Origin: a virus
Lineage: Duplodnaviria; Heunggongvirae; Uroviricota; Caudoviricetes
Reading direction: 5' to 3' (one strand)
Virus record (IMG/VR): IMGVR_UViG_3300044846_001093
Coordinates: 1-64,000 of that record
Length of the DNA: 64,000 nt
Below, in pieces: positions 1 through 8,314 of the stretch. Each line of letters opens with the position of its first letter. Position 1 is the first letter of the stretch. The translations under genes were made by a program, and so were the position numbers. Under the pieces are notes generated by a model. The model was given only the letters and a program-made list of their open reading frames with translations. It was not told the DNA's origin and did not search any database.

Positions 1-22
1 TTCTCCAGTTAGTTTCTCTATC

Positions 23-595
23 TTACAACAAAACGTCATCATTGTCAAGTGTCCATCCACGTTCCAGGAATTTCTGTTGCCTTTTCGCAACAGGCTCTCT
101 ACCACCAGGATTTTTTACCAATCTTTTCCTATCAATAACATCAAGTTGATTTTCCGAAATATAAAATACATTCTCAGCTAAATCCAAATATGGCAAGCAA
201 TGTATATAATCAAACTTTTTTCTTTCAGTGTAATAATCACCCAATGTAATTATTTGAAAGTCATTGATCAGTGTGATGGCATTTTCGGTAATTAGCGGTT
301 GTGAACTTTGTAGATTACCATACTTTGCAGCCACATCCATGATATAGTCAGAGTAGTCACAAATTATAATGTCGCGCAGGTATTGAATTTTTGCGGGATC
401 ACGGAGCCAGAAATCATAGTCTTTTGGCTCTTCTTTATGATATATTGAAGAGATACTAGAACCCGACAGAATGCAGTTATCGTGAATCATCCACCACAGC
501 GCCTCAGGCAACAAGTCCTTCTGTTTATAGAGCTTTTGTACTACATCGCCCTTCAAGCTAGTAGCAGTTTTATTCCAAGATGTATTAGTATTCAT
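23..595 (-). CDS. Nucleotidyltransferase-fold protein (minimal pol-beta-like NTase), 190 aa
   Basis: Complete ORF. Contains hG[GS]x9-13D.D signature (ILSGSSISS...KDYDFWL). Transcribed divergently from the early region. Confidence 0.45.
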   Translation of the reverse strand: MNTNTSWNKTATSLKGDVVQKLYKQKDLLPEALWWMIHDNCILSGSSISSIYHKEEPKDYDFWLRDPAKIQYLRDIIICDYSDYIMDVAAKYGNLQSSQPLITENAITLINDFQIITLGDYYTERKKFDYIHCLPYLDLAENVFYISENQLDVIDRKRLVKNPGGREPVAKRQQKFLERGWTLDNDDVLL

Positions 596-685
596 AAATT
601 ATTCTCAAGTACCGACACCGACGATTCTACGCACATTTCCACCAGTTGTCAAGTTGTTTTTTTGCAACATCAACATCTTTTACCT

Positions 686-714
686 ATTGACAATTACCGT
701 GAGTGTGGTATAAT
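686..714 (+). promoter_or_regulatory. Early sigma70-type promoter P1 (TTGACA-17-TATAAT, extended TG)
   Basis: tattgacaattaccgtgagtgtggtataatagagcc. Same cassette family as 11 others. Leader ccttagacagacagaaag then ATG. Confidence 0.7.
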
Positions 715-746
715 AGAGCCTTAGACAGACAGAAAGCGAGACTCTA

Positions 747-995
747 ATGCGAACCAAACAGTTGATCCGTGGCTTGAAAAATTCCCAACGTATCCGTGTG
801 ATCCTCAATAATGTAGCATTTTTTACTACAGCATCGGGGACTGACGATATCATGTATCGTAACCAGCGCCTCGCAGTTCAATTTGCACTGGAGCGCATGG
901 TTGCAGAAAAAATTACCGGACTCGCGACCACTGTTTCATGCTACAATGAAAAGATGGAATCCGAGCGTATCAATGTGCAAGTGGACTTAGTATGA
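747..995 (+). CDS. Hypothetical early protein, 82 aa
   Basis: First ORF after P1. Purine-rich leader acts as RBS. Confidence 0.5.
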   Translation: MRTKQLIRGLKNSQRIRVILNNVAFFTTASGTDDIMYRNQRLAVQFALERMVAEKITGLATTVSCYNEKMESERINVQVDLV

Positions 996-1153
996 CAAGA
1001 ATTCTTTTTTATCGCCTCCAAGCTCTGGAAGCCTTGCGCTGCACTTCAATGCAAGCCACCAAAATTGGTGATATTTGGTGCGAAGGTTGGATCAGCGAAG
1101 CGGACATGGAAACATTCCGACTGAATGGCTGGTGGTACGAAGTTCAGAAGTGA
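992..1153 (+). CDS. Hypothetical small early protein, 53 aa
   Basis: ATGA overlap with the upstream stop. Ends directly at the conserved TGAGTACTTT element preceding P2. Confidence 0.35.
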   Translation: MTRILFYRLQALEALRCTSMQATKIGDIWCEGWISEADMETFRLNGWWYEVQK

Positions 1154-1168
1154 GTACTTTTACTGTAC

Positions 1169-1196
1169 TTGACAATTACCTAGAACCTGGTATAAT
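1169..1196 (+). promoter_or_regulatory. Early promoter P2 (cassette family)
   Basis: acttgacaattacctagaacctggtataatagag. Confidence 0.75.
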
Positions 1197-1226
1197 AGAG
1201 ACTTAGAACGAAACGAAGGAATCAAA

Positions 1227-1394
1227 ATGGATATCACAACAGCAATCGCGCAAATCAACCAAGAAGCCGAACACTTGGGCTTGGGTCTTCTGGAAACATT
1301 GCAAGATATCCAAGAGCGTGGCGAGATGGTCTACAGTGACAAGACTATGCGCGCCTATCGCGTGTTCATGGCTCAAGGCGCTAAATTTTTCTAA
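1227..1394 (+). CDS. Hypothetical small early protein, 55 aa
   Basis: ATG 30 nt after the -10 with leader gaaacgaagga. Followed by AGGAG RBS of the next gene. Confidence 0.4.
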   Translation: MDITTAIAQINQEAEHLGLGLLETLQDIQERGEMVYSDKTMRAYRVFMAQGAKFF

Positions 1395-1403
1395 GGAGTA
1401 GTT

Positions 1404-1685
1404 ATGAAGCAAAATTACACAATGTACATCTACAAAACCGACCGCCGTTGCAAGACTGGCGAGCGTCTGTTCTCCACTACCGTGTGGACTGACCGTGATG
1501 ATGAAACCATGCGCCGCGAGTGCAACGACTTGTATGACCTGTACCCCGCAACAAAAGGCTGGCGCTTTGAGTGTCACCCAACCACAATTACCGTCAAAAG
1601 CTACATGACTGGCGAGGATGTCCAAATCGACCGCGACACACCATGGTGTTGTAATCCTGCGTCAGAATCTTTCTGGTCAATGTAA
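1404..1685 (+). CDS. Hypothetical early protein, 93 aa
   Basis: RBS ctaaggagtagttATG. Cys-rich (C..C...CC). Confidence 0.55.
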   Translation: MKQNYTMYIYKTDRRCKTGERLFSTTVWTDRDDETMRRECNDLYDLYPATKGWRFECHPTTITVKSYMTGEDVQIDRDTPWCCNPASESFWSM

Positions 1686-1692
1686 AAACCAC

Positions 1693-1720
1693 TTGACAAG
1701 TCTCCACCAATCTGTATAAT
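1693..1720 (+). promoter_or_regulatory. Early promoter P3 (TTGACA-16-TGTATAAT)
   Basis: acttgacaagtctccaccaatctgtataatagaacc. Confidence 0.65.
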
Positions 1721-1819
1721 AGAACCTATGAAACTGATCACTGAAATCTTCCAAGCCGCCATCATCGCCACTTTGATGTTTGGTCCTTTCTTTTATTACT
1801 TCCTTTTTATGATGAAACC

Positions 1820-1996
1820 ATGATCCGAGTTATTTTGGCCTGGGCGATCCTAAGCGCCCTCATTGCATTCTTGATTACCATGTTCAGAAGTTTGTCTGGT
1901 AAACAAAAATGGCAGTTGACAAAAGTTGTTGGCTATGCTACAATGTGTTCTCTTATCGCAGTAGCAATCCTTGTTGGTATTGTTGTACTCTTCTGA
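1820..1996 (+). CDS. Small hydrophobic membrane peptide, 58 aa
   Basis: ATGA overlap with an upstream 31-aa hydrophobic ORF (1728..1823). Strongly hydrophobic, TM-like. Confidence 0.3.
   Translation: MIRVILAWAILSALIAFLITMFRSLSGKQKWQLTKVVGYATMCSLIAVAILVGIVVLF
1916..1944 (+). promoter_or_regulatory. Weaker internal sigma70-like promoter (TTGACA-17-TGCTACAAT)
   Basis: agttgacaaaagttgttggctatgctacaatg, lying inside the 58-aa ORF. Confidence 0.35.
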
Positions 1997-2091
1997 GGTG
2001 ACATATGTTTCCTGATTTTCTTTTGCGACCCTTGTATTTCATCTTGGGTTTTCTTGTGTGCGCTAATCTTTTTCTTTATGGAGTTATCTAA

Positions 2092-2889
2092 ATGAATCGT
2101 TATCTAAAACTTGGCGTTATCGCCGGGGCTGTTGCTTTGACTTCCGCATGTACTCGGATTGAGACTGGTGAGGTCGGTGTTCGTGTCGGCTTTGATAAGC
2201 AGGTGCAGTCTGGTGAGTTGCTGCCCGGCTCGTTCAATCAGTCCATCGTTGGTACTATCCTGACATTCCCAGTCAAGGACGTAAACGTGGTCCTGGAGAA
2301 TATGACGCCCGTTGCAAAAGACAACAGCACAATGAAAGACTTGGACGCTGTGGTTGTTTACAACATCAATTCTGCACAGGTTGCAGAGTTGTATAGTACA
2401 AAGAACAAATCGTTCCATGCTGAATTCAAAGGCGACACCTATGTGATGTATAATTACATTGTGCAAAACGCACGGAATGCCATCTACAAATCCGCACGAA
2501 TGTATGAAGCATTGGACATGGCTGATAACCGTACGGAAATGGAAAACTATATCAAGGATGAAATTCAGCGAAACCTTGCTGAGGAAAAACTTGACGGTAG
2601 TATCACCATCTCTCAAGTCATGATTCGTAACGTATTGCCTAGCGATACTGTAGTAGAATCTGCGAATGCATTGGTTCGTAGCAAAAACGAATTGAAGCAA
2701 AAGGAAGTGGAAGTAAAAACTGCTGAGGCTGAAAGCCGTCGTATGGCTGCATTGGCTAACAACTCAGGTAGTTCCATTGCATTCATGCAAGCCCAAGCCA
2801 TGTTGAATATCTCCGAAGGTATCAAGAATGGTCAAGTGCAAACGATTGTGGTGCCATCCAACTTCAATGCCTTGATGATGGGTAAGTAA
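2092..2889 (+). CDS. SPFH/band-7 (stomatin/prohibitin-like) domain lipoprotein, 265 aa
   Basis: Signal peptide with Cys (ALTSAC). N-terminal GEVGVRVGF...LLPG...V pattern typical of SPFH domains. Coiled-coil C-terminal half. Confidence 0.5.
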   Translation: MNRYLKLGVIAGAVALTSACTRIETGEVGVRVGFDKQVQSGELLPGSFNQSIVGTILTFPVKDVNVVLENMTPVAKDNSTMKDLDAVVVYNINSAQVAELYSTKNKSFHAEFKGDTYVMYNYIVQNARNAIYKSARMYEALDMADNRTEMENYIKDEIQRNLAEEKLDGSITISQVMIRNVLPSDTVVESANALVRSKNELKQKEVEVKTAEAESRRMAALANNSGSSIAFMQAQAMLNISEGIKNGQVQTIVVPSNFNALMMGK

Positions 2890-2988
2890 ATGAGTGACAA
2901 GCCATCCTATTGTTGCCAACGATGTGGTGAAATGATCGGATGGCTTGGTCGTATTATGCCTTTTCATAAGTGTAAGAAAAATGAGTGA
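2890..2988 (+). CDS. Tiny zinc-ribbon-like peptide, 32 aa (CCQRCG...HKC)
   Basis: TAAATG junction with the upstream gene and ATGA overlap with the downstream gene. Cys/His spacing. Confidence 0.3.
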   Translation: MSDKPSYCCQRCGEMIGWLGRIMPFHKCKKNE

Positions 2989-3304
2989 ACTCAAAACATA
3001 CTATTATATTCCAAACATCTGGGAACGTGATGAATTGGATGTTGAACATGCATTAGCATTTCAATCAAGTCGTGATATTGTTGCAGTTAACTTTGGTCAC
3101 AAATATGATGACCTTGAGTTGGATTGGTTAGTTGAAGACATGGCTCAGGACTATATCTCCAATCGTGATGGTTGGGAAGTCGCAGAACATTGGCAAGGCC
3201 AAGAGCGTGAATTTGCAGTATGGGATTCCGATAAAACCTTTATTGGTAAATTTGACGTTCTGCTGGAGTATGAGCCACGATTTACTGCATGGAAGAAAAA
3301 ATGA
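2981..3304 (+). CDS. Hypothetical early protein, ~107 aa
   Basis: Start taken at MSELK (ATGA overlap). Acidic, Trp-rich. Confidence 0.45.
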   Translation: MSELKTYYYIPNIWERDELDVEHALAFQSSRDIVAVNFGHKYDDLELDWLVEDMAQDYISNRDGWEVAEHWQGQEREFAVWDSDKTFIGKFDVLLEYEPRFTAWKKK

Positions 3305-3516
3305 ACGAACGAATCCAAGAATTCATCCTGCAAGCAACAGAGACAACTGATGTGTATAATCCTGATACGGGTATCACACATTACCGTGAATTCTTTGACC
3401 ACGAAAAGTTTGCCGAGTTGATTATCAAAGAGACTTTACAAGTTGCCAAAGCTGGCGTTGAGTTTGGTCCCAGTATGGAAAAAGCAGTTTACACATATTT
3501 CGGAGTTGAAGAATGA
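3301..3516 (+). CDS. MNERI/HFGVEE paralog family member 1, 71 aa
   Basis: MNERIQEF...EKFAELIIKE...YFGVEE. ATGA overlaps on both sides. Confidence 0.6.
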   Translation: MNERIQEFILQATETTDVYNPDTGITHYREFFDHEKFAELIIKETLQVAKAGVEFGPSMEKAVYTYFGVEE

Positions 3517-3788
3517 ACGAACGAATTAAACAACTTGCTGAACAGGCTACTACTATTGTAGATATGGTTGGTCCACAAGGCTATACCAGCAGCTATGCTA
3601 ACTTTGATCGAGAAAAGTTTGCCGAGTTGATTGTTAGGGAATGCATGAAAGAATCGATGGATGAGATTGTTGCTGATGAAGACATTGCTCAAGAAAACGA
3701 TCCTCTAATTAGAGAATATCTCAATGGCAATAATCAAGGCATCGTTGATGCGGTTGTTAGATTTAGAAATCATTTTGGAGTAAAGTAA
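3513..3788 (+). CDS. MNERI/HFGVEE paralog family member 2, 91 aa
   Basis: MNERIKQLAEQAT...EKFAELIVRECMK...NHFGVK. Confidence 0.6.
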   Translation: MNERIKQLAEQATTIVDMVGPQGYTSSYANFDREKFAELIVRECMKESMDEIVADEDIAQENDPLIREYLNGNNQGIVDAVVRFRNHFGVK

Positions 3789-3952
3789 TGTGGAATAAAT
3801 TCAAATCATTGCCGTTGTCTGTGCAGATATCAATCGGATTCATATTGTGTTTGGTGACCATTGCTATTATAGCATTTCCTCCAGCAGGAATTGTCCTTGG
3901 AACAATTGCGGCTATTTTTCGCATCTTCTATTATTTGACTGAGGGTAAGTAA
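3788..3952 (+). CDS. Small membrane peptide, 54 aa
   Basis: TAATG junction. Two hydrophobic segments. Confidence 0.3.
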   Translation: MWNKFKSLPLSVQISIGFILCLVTIAIIAFPPAGIVLGTIAAIFRIFYYLTEGK

Positions 3953-4170
3953 TGGCTAAAAGAAAAGAAGCTAAGAAGTTTATGTACGGCGTAGGCTTCT
4001 ATTGGGAAGGCGATAGTGGTCACGTAGGACTGTATGCTTCTGGCAGTGAAGTGTTCTATGGTACAATGGAAGAAGCTAAGAACTTCCAAGCATACTGTCA
4101 GCGCCACCAACGCTTGGGTGAAGATAAACGCGAGTATAAGATATTCCAACTTATCGAGGTACCAGAGTGA
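3952..4170 (+). CDS. Hypothetical early protein, 72 aa
   Basis: TAATG junction. Lys/Glu-rich. Confidence 0.5.
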   Translation: MAKRKEAKKFMYGVGFYWEGDSGHVGLYASGSEVFYGTMEEAKNFQAYCQRHQRLGEDKREYKIFQLIEVPE

Positions 4171-4182
4171 AAGAAATCAACA

Positions 4183-4377
4183 ATGAACGATAAAGAAAAT
4201 ATCAAAGCCGGTGCAGACATAAACGCGGGCGATGGTGGTTACAGTGTAGGCACTCAGGAAGCATATGAGGAGTTTGTCAAACTGCGAAACGAAGCCATAG
4301 CACTAGCCAAGAAAGAAGGTATCAAAGAACGCCATTATACCAACTCTGGTAAACCGATTGACTTTCCAGAAAAGTAA
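4183..4377 (+). CDS. Hypothetical early protein, 64 aa
   Basis: RBS-like gaaagaaatcaacaATG. Confidence 0.45.
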   Translation: MNDKENIKAGADINAGDGGYSVGTQEAYEEFVKLRNEAIALAKKEGIKERHYTNSGKPIDFPEK

Positions 4378-4418
4378 TACTTTAGTCTTACACCAAGTTT
4401 AGTCAGGTATTGGTTGAC
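4378..4418 (+). repeat. 41-nt perfect direct repeat (copy A), immediately 5' of promoter P5
   Basis: tactttagtcttacaccaagtttagtcaggtattggttgac, identical to 8776..8816. Confidence 0.8.
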
Positions 4419-4441
4419 AATTACCGAAAACCTGGTATAAT
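4414..4441 (+). promoter_or_regulatory. Early promoter P5 (cassette family)
   Basis: ggttgacaattaccgaaaacctggtataatagagcc. Confidence 0.75.
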
Positions 4442-4470
4442 AGAGCCATAGACAGTAAGAAAGACAAATC

Positions 4471-4659
4471 ATGGCCTTTGAATCAAAAATCCTCTCCCTC
4501 GTTGCTAAAGTCACCACTGATGCAGAATTCACCTGTGGTACTTTGTTTGTGACTTGCACTCCACGCGAAGCCGCACGAATCCAAACAATCTTGGAAAATC
4601 CCGCTTACGGTGTGATTGTCTCTCCAGTTGGTGATCAATTTGCTTTTGACTTTGTTTGA
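4471..4659 (+). CDS. Hypothetical early protein, 62 aa
   Basis: First ORF after P5. Confidence 0.5.
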   Translation: MAFESKILSLVAKVTTDAEFTCGTLFVTCTPREAARIQTILENPAYGVIVSPVGDQFAFDFV

Positions 4660-4773
4660 TAGGAGTTTTTATGTTTGAATTTTTAATCGTTGTTTTTGTT
4701 GTGTTGGTCTTGGTTGGCGGTGCTGTTAGTGGCTCCGTTGAGACCTTAGGTTAATCTTTTCTTTGGAGTTACC

Positions 4774-5070
4774 ATGAAAATCGCACGAACCATTCTTGAT
4801 CAAATCGGACAGTTGGACCCATGGGCCTTGGGTGCATGGGGTGCAGTAGACCTCACCGATATGGGTGATGGCTTACAATTCAAGACCACAGGTATGACAC
4901 CATTCAAGGGCTTTGTGTATATCCAATACAAGCCATGCCCTGACCTGTATAACGTGAAGTTTATCCAAGTCCGTAACGTAAAAGGCGTTCCTACAGTGAA
5001 AGTCCGCAAGATAGTGGTGGACGTGTATGCTGAGGACTTGATCCGCACGATTGATGAATTCGTAGGATGA
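4774..5070 (+). CDS. Hypothetical early protein, 98 aa
   Basis: RBS ggagttaccATG. Confidence 0.55.
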   Translation: MKIARTILDQIGQLDPWALGAWGAVDLTDMGDGLQFKTTGMTPFKGFVYIQYKPCPDLYNVKFIQVRNVKGVPTVKVRKIVVDVYAEDLIRTIDEFVG

Positions 5071-5074
5071 TATT

Positions 5075-5278
5075 ATGAAACTGAATAAATTTATTGAACA
5101 ATTGCAAAAACTCCAATCTGAGGGTCATGGCGATAAGGAAGTTTTCTATCGTCATGGTGCCTCTGGTGATTGTGGTAAACTGTCCTCAGCATTCATTACC
5201 GATGAAGTAGATGGTGATTGTGGACCATTTGACCTGGACGAAGGTGAAGAGTATGTTTCCATCTACGCAGGAAATTGA
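5075..5278 (+). CDS. Hypothetical early protein, 67 aa (acidic)
   Basis: Tightly packed after the upstream gene. Confidence 0.5.
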   Translation: MKLNKFIEQLQKLQSEGHGDKEVFYRHGASGDCGKLSSAFITDEVDGDCGPFDLDEGEEYVSIYAGN

Positions 5279-5293
5279 GTACTTTCCACTGAC

Positions 5294-5321
5294 TTGACAA
5301 TTACCTAGAACCTGGTATAAT
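5294..5321 (+). promoter_or_regulatory. Early promoter P6 (cassette family)
   Basis: gacttgacaattacctagaacctggtataatagagac. Confidence 0.75.
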
Positions 5322-5346
5322 AGAGACTTAGACAGAAAGATTCCAA

Positions 5347-5571
5347 ATGACCAAACAATTCATCCAAGTCAGTGCCCACAAAGACAGCAATAACTTTGCC
5401 CACTGGAGCAACCTGAGTATCATGGCAAGCATGGGTCTGACCGCTGAACAGGCCCTGCGCCGTTTGCAAGCCATGGCTGATAACTATGCCGAGAACGGTT
5501 ATACCATTGAGTGGATCCGTGAGGATTTTGATGCCGCTTACGAAGAAATGTATGGAGAGTTGTTTGTATGA
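5347..5571 (+). CDS. Hypothetical early protein, 74 aa
   Basis: First ORF after P6. Confidence 0.5.
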   Translation: MTKQFIQVSAHKDSNNFAHWSNLSIMASMGLTAEQALRRLQAMADNYAENGYTIEWIREDFDAAYEEMYGELFV

Positions 5572-5774
5572 CAAAAGTATACACTGTTGAGTTCCATGAC
5601 AAGACTATGGACTACCGTCTGGTGCGATGGACTACCATTAGCCCAGGTATTCGCTCGGGTGAAGATATAGAACGGTTTGACTCCGAAGACGAAGCTATGG
5701 ACGCGGCCGACTGGATGAACGCGGGTGAAGAGTGGGACCTGTACCACCAGTGTGAGTGTGAATTTGATAATTGA
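5568..5774 (+). CDS. Hypothetical early protein, 68 aa
   Basis: ATGA overlap. Confidence 0.5.
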   Translation: MTKVYTVEFHDKTMDYRLVRWTTISPGIRSGEDIERFDSEDEAMDAADWMNAGEEWDLYHQCECEFDN

Positions 5775-5789
5775 GTACTTTTACTATAC

Positions 5790-5817
5790 TTGACAATTAC
5801 CTGAAACCTGGTATAAT
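5790..5817 (+). promoter_or_regulatory. Early promoter P7 (cassette family)
   Basis: tacttgacaattacctgaaacctggtataatagaacc. Confidence 0.75.
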
Positions 5818-5844
5818 AGAACCATACCAGACAGAAAGACACCA

Positions 5845-6003
5845 ATGAGAACCTACCAAGCCTTCTACAAAAACCGCGTTATCACCGTGACTGCATCCAC
5901 CTCTTATGAGGCGCAGTTGAAAGCCGCAGCCGTGTTCAAAGCACGTAAGTCCTATGATGTTGCTATCGTGTTGGCTGATACACCTGTGGTTATGGTAGAC
6001 TGA
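5845..6003 (+). CDS. Hypothetical small early protein, 52 aa
   Basis: ATG 28 nt after the -10. Followed by a 38-aa hydrophobic ORF (6006..6122). Confidence 0.4.
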   Translation: MRTYQAFYKNRVITVTASTSYEAQLKAAAVFKARKSYDVAIVLADTPVVMVD

Positions 6004-6128
6004 TCATGTTTGACTTTATACTGGCCTTGATACAGGCCGTTTTGATTTTCCTGATCGTATCTTTATGGGTGATGTTTGCGATCATACCTATAGTCTACCA
6101 TCTTGTGAAATTAGTACTTTAGACTGAC

Positions 6129-6156
6129 TTGACAATTACCTAGAATCTGGTATAAT
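6129..6156 (+). promoter_or_regulatory. Early promoter P8 (cassette family)
   Basis: gacttgacaattacctagaatctggtataatagaacc. Confidence 0.75.
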
Positions 6157-6184
6157 AGAACCATACACCAGAGAAGGAAAGAAC

Positions 6185-6421
6185 ATGTACACAACAATTT
6201 GGTCAGGTCGCAATGTCCGTGCTGCATTGACAGTAAAGGTGCTCCAAGAGTCACCAGCAGCTATCAAATTCGTAGTAGCGGATAATGAAAAAGCTACCTT
6301 TTGGTTGCCAAAGAAAGCCTTGAAAATGGTGGATGAATGCTATGACTTAGCATTTTGGTTCACAAAAGGTGAGTATCTGGCCAGTCTGTTCAACCGTTAC
6401 GCTAATCACTATAAGGCTTGA
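6185..6421 (+). CDS. Hypothetical early protein, 78 aa
   Basis: First ORF after P8. Confidence 0.5.
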   Translation: MYTTIWSGRNVRAALTVKVLQESPAAIKFVVADNEKATFWLPKKALKMVDECYDLAFWFTKGEYLASLFNRYANHYKA

Positions 6422-6514
6422 TATGAGCAAACGAACTGGCTTGATCATATGGGCCGTTACAGCCCTTGCGTTTCATGTTGCGGCATTCTCATTGGCTTAT
6501 TTGGGATTACTGAA

Positions 6515-6781
6515 ATGAATGAACGAATTAAAGAACTTGCCAAAGAGGCTGCAAGAGAAATGAACGAAACTGGGACTTATTCAGAACCCAAATTTCAGGA
6601 AAAGTTCGCCGAGTTGATTGTTCAGGAATGTACCGCGGCATTATTTGATGAATCGGAAAGATTGTCTGGATTGTATTCGGACGAAGACAATTGGGACTCG
6701 GCTGAGGAATATGAAATTCGTTCAAATCAATGTATTGATGACATAGCATTGATTGAAAAACATTTCGGAGTTGAAGAATGA
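6515..6781 (+). CDS. MNERI/HFGVEE paralog family member 3, 88 aa
   Basis: MNERIKELAKEAA...EKFAELIVQECTA...KHFGVEE. The track ORF 6449..6781 carries a spurious N-terminal extension. Confidence 0.6.
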   Translation: MNERIKELAKEAAREMNETGTYSEPKFQEKFAELIVQECTAALFDESERLSGLYSDEDNWDSAEEYEIRSNQCIDDIALIEKHFGVEE

Positions 6782-7008
6782 ACCAAGTTTTAGTAAACCT
6801 GCTGTCTAATCGAGCAGTAAGATTGGGTGAGCACTCTTGGCAATGGGCTGAGAAAAAGACTGGCAATCCTTCCTTGAAAAATTCTGTGACTTCTCGTATG
6901 TTTCGATCCAATCTTGTAGAAGTGGTCGGTGCAGAAATGAAACTTACTGCTATGGGCCGTATAGTAGCAGAACAACTTATCGGAGTTGAGGAATGTTTAA
7001 GAAGCTAA
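6778..7008 (+). CDS. Hypothetical early protein, 76 aa
   Basis: ATGA overlap. C-terminus ...LIGVEECLRS echoes the family C-terminus. Confidence 0.45.
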   Translation: MNQVLVNLLSNRAVRLGEHSWQWAEKKTGNPSLKNSVTSRMFRSNLVEVVGAEMKLTAMGRIVAEQLIGVEECLRS

Positions 7009-7223
7009 TTGACATATTCAAAGAGCCCGAGCATGGCATAGTGAAGTTGAGTTTCATTGCCCTGGACGAGAATGGAGAACCCTATGAGGATATTGCAACA
7101 ATGCCATATCATACACAATACATTCAAAGTGATGTGGAAGCAAAGTTTGTGGCATTCATGAGTTTACGGAATCACCGAGTTGTTGAAATCACAATACTAG
7201 AAGTAATTAAAACAAGTGGATAA
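6993..7223 (+). CDS. Hypothetical early protein, 76 aa
   Basis: Overlaps upstream gene by 16 nt. Confidence 0.45.
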   Translation: MFKKLIDIFKEPEHGIVKLSFIALDENGEPYEDIATMPYHTQYIQSDVEAKFVAFMSLRNHRVVEITILEVIKTSG

Positions 7224-7227
7224 TATA

Positions 7228-7449
7228 ATGAACGAACGAATTCAAAAACTTGCTGAACAGGCTTCCGAAATAGATGGTGATGACCTTCTATATTACAATC
7301 CTGTATTTGCTGAAAAGTTCGCCGAGTTGATTGTGAAAGAATTTTCAAAGCAGGTTCAAATTGAAGGTCGCTTTGGGCTCGAACGAGACCAGACTTTGAT
7401 TCGGCTTTGCTGTGAAAATGCCAAGAAACATTTCGGAGTTGAAGAATGA
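7228..7449 (+). CDS. MNERI/HFGVEE paralog family member 4, 73 aa
   Basis: MNERIQKLAEQASE...EKFAELIVKEF...KHFGVEE. Confidence 0.6.
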   Translation: MNERIQKLAEQASEIDGDDLLYYNPVFAEKFAELIVKEFSKQVQIEGRFGLERDQTLIRLCCENAKKHFGVEE

Positions 7450-7595
7450 ACGAAAAGCAAATCGAAGCCCTGTTTGAATGGTTGGATCATCAAACATACA
7501 TTGGTGAACCCGGTACTGATGGTGAATACATTCGTATGGAAGAAATGCGTAAGTACCTACCTGAAGCAATTAAGAAAATTATGGAGCAGGAATGA
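7446..7595 (+). CDS. Hypothetical small early protein, 49 aa
   Basis: ATGA overlaps at both ends. Sequence begins MNEKQIEALFEW.... Confidence 0.35.
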   Translation: MNEKQIEALFEWLDHQTYIGEPGTDGEYIRMEEMRKYLPEAIKKIMEQE

Positions 7596-7774
7596 AAAAC
7601 ACCCAACTAGGTAAAGTCCTCACACAGGAGCACCACGACTACCTGATTTGCCTGAGGGATTCTGGTGAGACCAATATGTGGGGAGCTACACCATATATTG
7701 AACGGGAGTTTGGTGTACCATACGTGGATGCCAAGACTATCCTATTGGAGTGGATTGAGTATATGTCTAAGTGA
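7592..7774 (+). CDS. Hypothetical early protein, 60 aa
   Basis: ATGA overlap. Ends at the conserved TGAGTACTTT element. Confidence 0.45.
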   Translation: MKNTQLGKVLTQEHHDYLICLRDSGETNMWGATPYIEREFGVPYVDAKTILLEWIEYMSK

Positions 7775-7789
7775 GTACTTTTACTGTAC

Positions 7790-7817
7790 TTGACAATTAC
7801 CGGATTCCTGGTATAAT
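7790..7817 (+). promoter_or_regulatory. Early promoter P9 (cassette family)
   Basis: tacttgacaattaccggattcctggtataatagagtc. Confidence 0.75.
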
Positions 7818-7823
7818 AGAGTC

Positions 7824-8310
7824 ATACCAGAGAGAAATACTAAGGCAACAACAAGTACTAGAGTAGATGGAAACCGACCCACGCGAGAATGCGTGGGCTT
7901 TGCGAAAGCAACGATGCGAGAGTAAGTCGGTCCAGTAGGGTAAGGAAAGAAGTTGCTGGCGGAAAAGCTGCTGGCCAGGACAGAAGTTAGGAAACTAACG
8001 CCGTGTAATCCTGGCATCATATTGAAGCACATTAGATCCTTTAGTATTCGGGCTCCACGGACCAACGGGTACTATCCCTTTTAGTGTGCTTCAATATGAC
8101 ACAAAAGTACTCTTCATGGACAAGGCTAGGCACATATGAACGCATAGCCGAGCGCCTGCTGATAGGACAACCTAAGCCAAAGCTATGGGGTCGGCTGGTA
8201 GGACACCGCTTTGAGACAGGCACCAAGAGTCTACACAGGACACCTCAGAGCCGTAGGTGGCGCCTGTTCTGGCGACTCAAAGACAATCGCCAGAAATGAA
8301 TACTTTCTAC
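7824..8310 (+). ncRNA. Candidate structured non-coding RNA (~490 nt) transcribed from P9
   Basis: No plausible ORF on either strand between P9 and P10. Several strong helices: cccacgc/gcgtggg; 10-bp long-range ttgaagcaca/tgtgcttcaa; gccagga/tcctggc; ctggcga/tcgccag. Confidence 0.3.
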
Positions 8311-8314
8311 TGAC

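Noticed and set aside
2104-2700. 198-aa minus-strand ORF
   Set aside because: Fully antisense to the well-supported SPFH lipoprotein gene. No RBS. Opposite to local transcription direction.
8084-8299. 71-aa Arg-rich ORF (and minus-strand ORFs 7781..8065, 8041..8226) inside the P9-P10 interval
   Set aside because: No RBS and a biased, implausible composition. The region is better explained as structured non-coding RNA.
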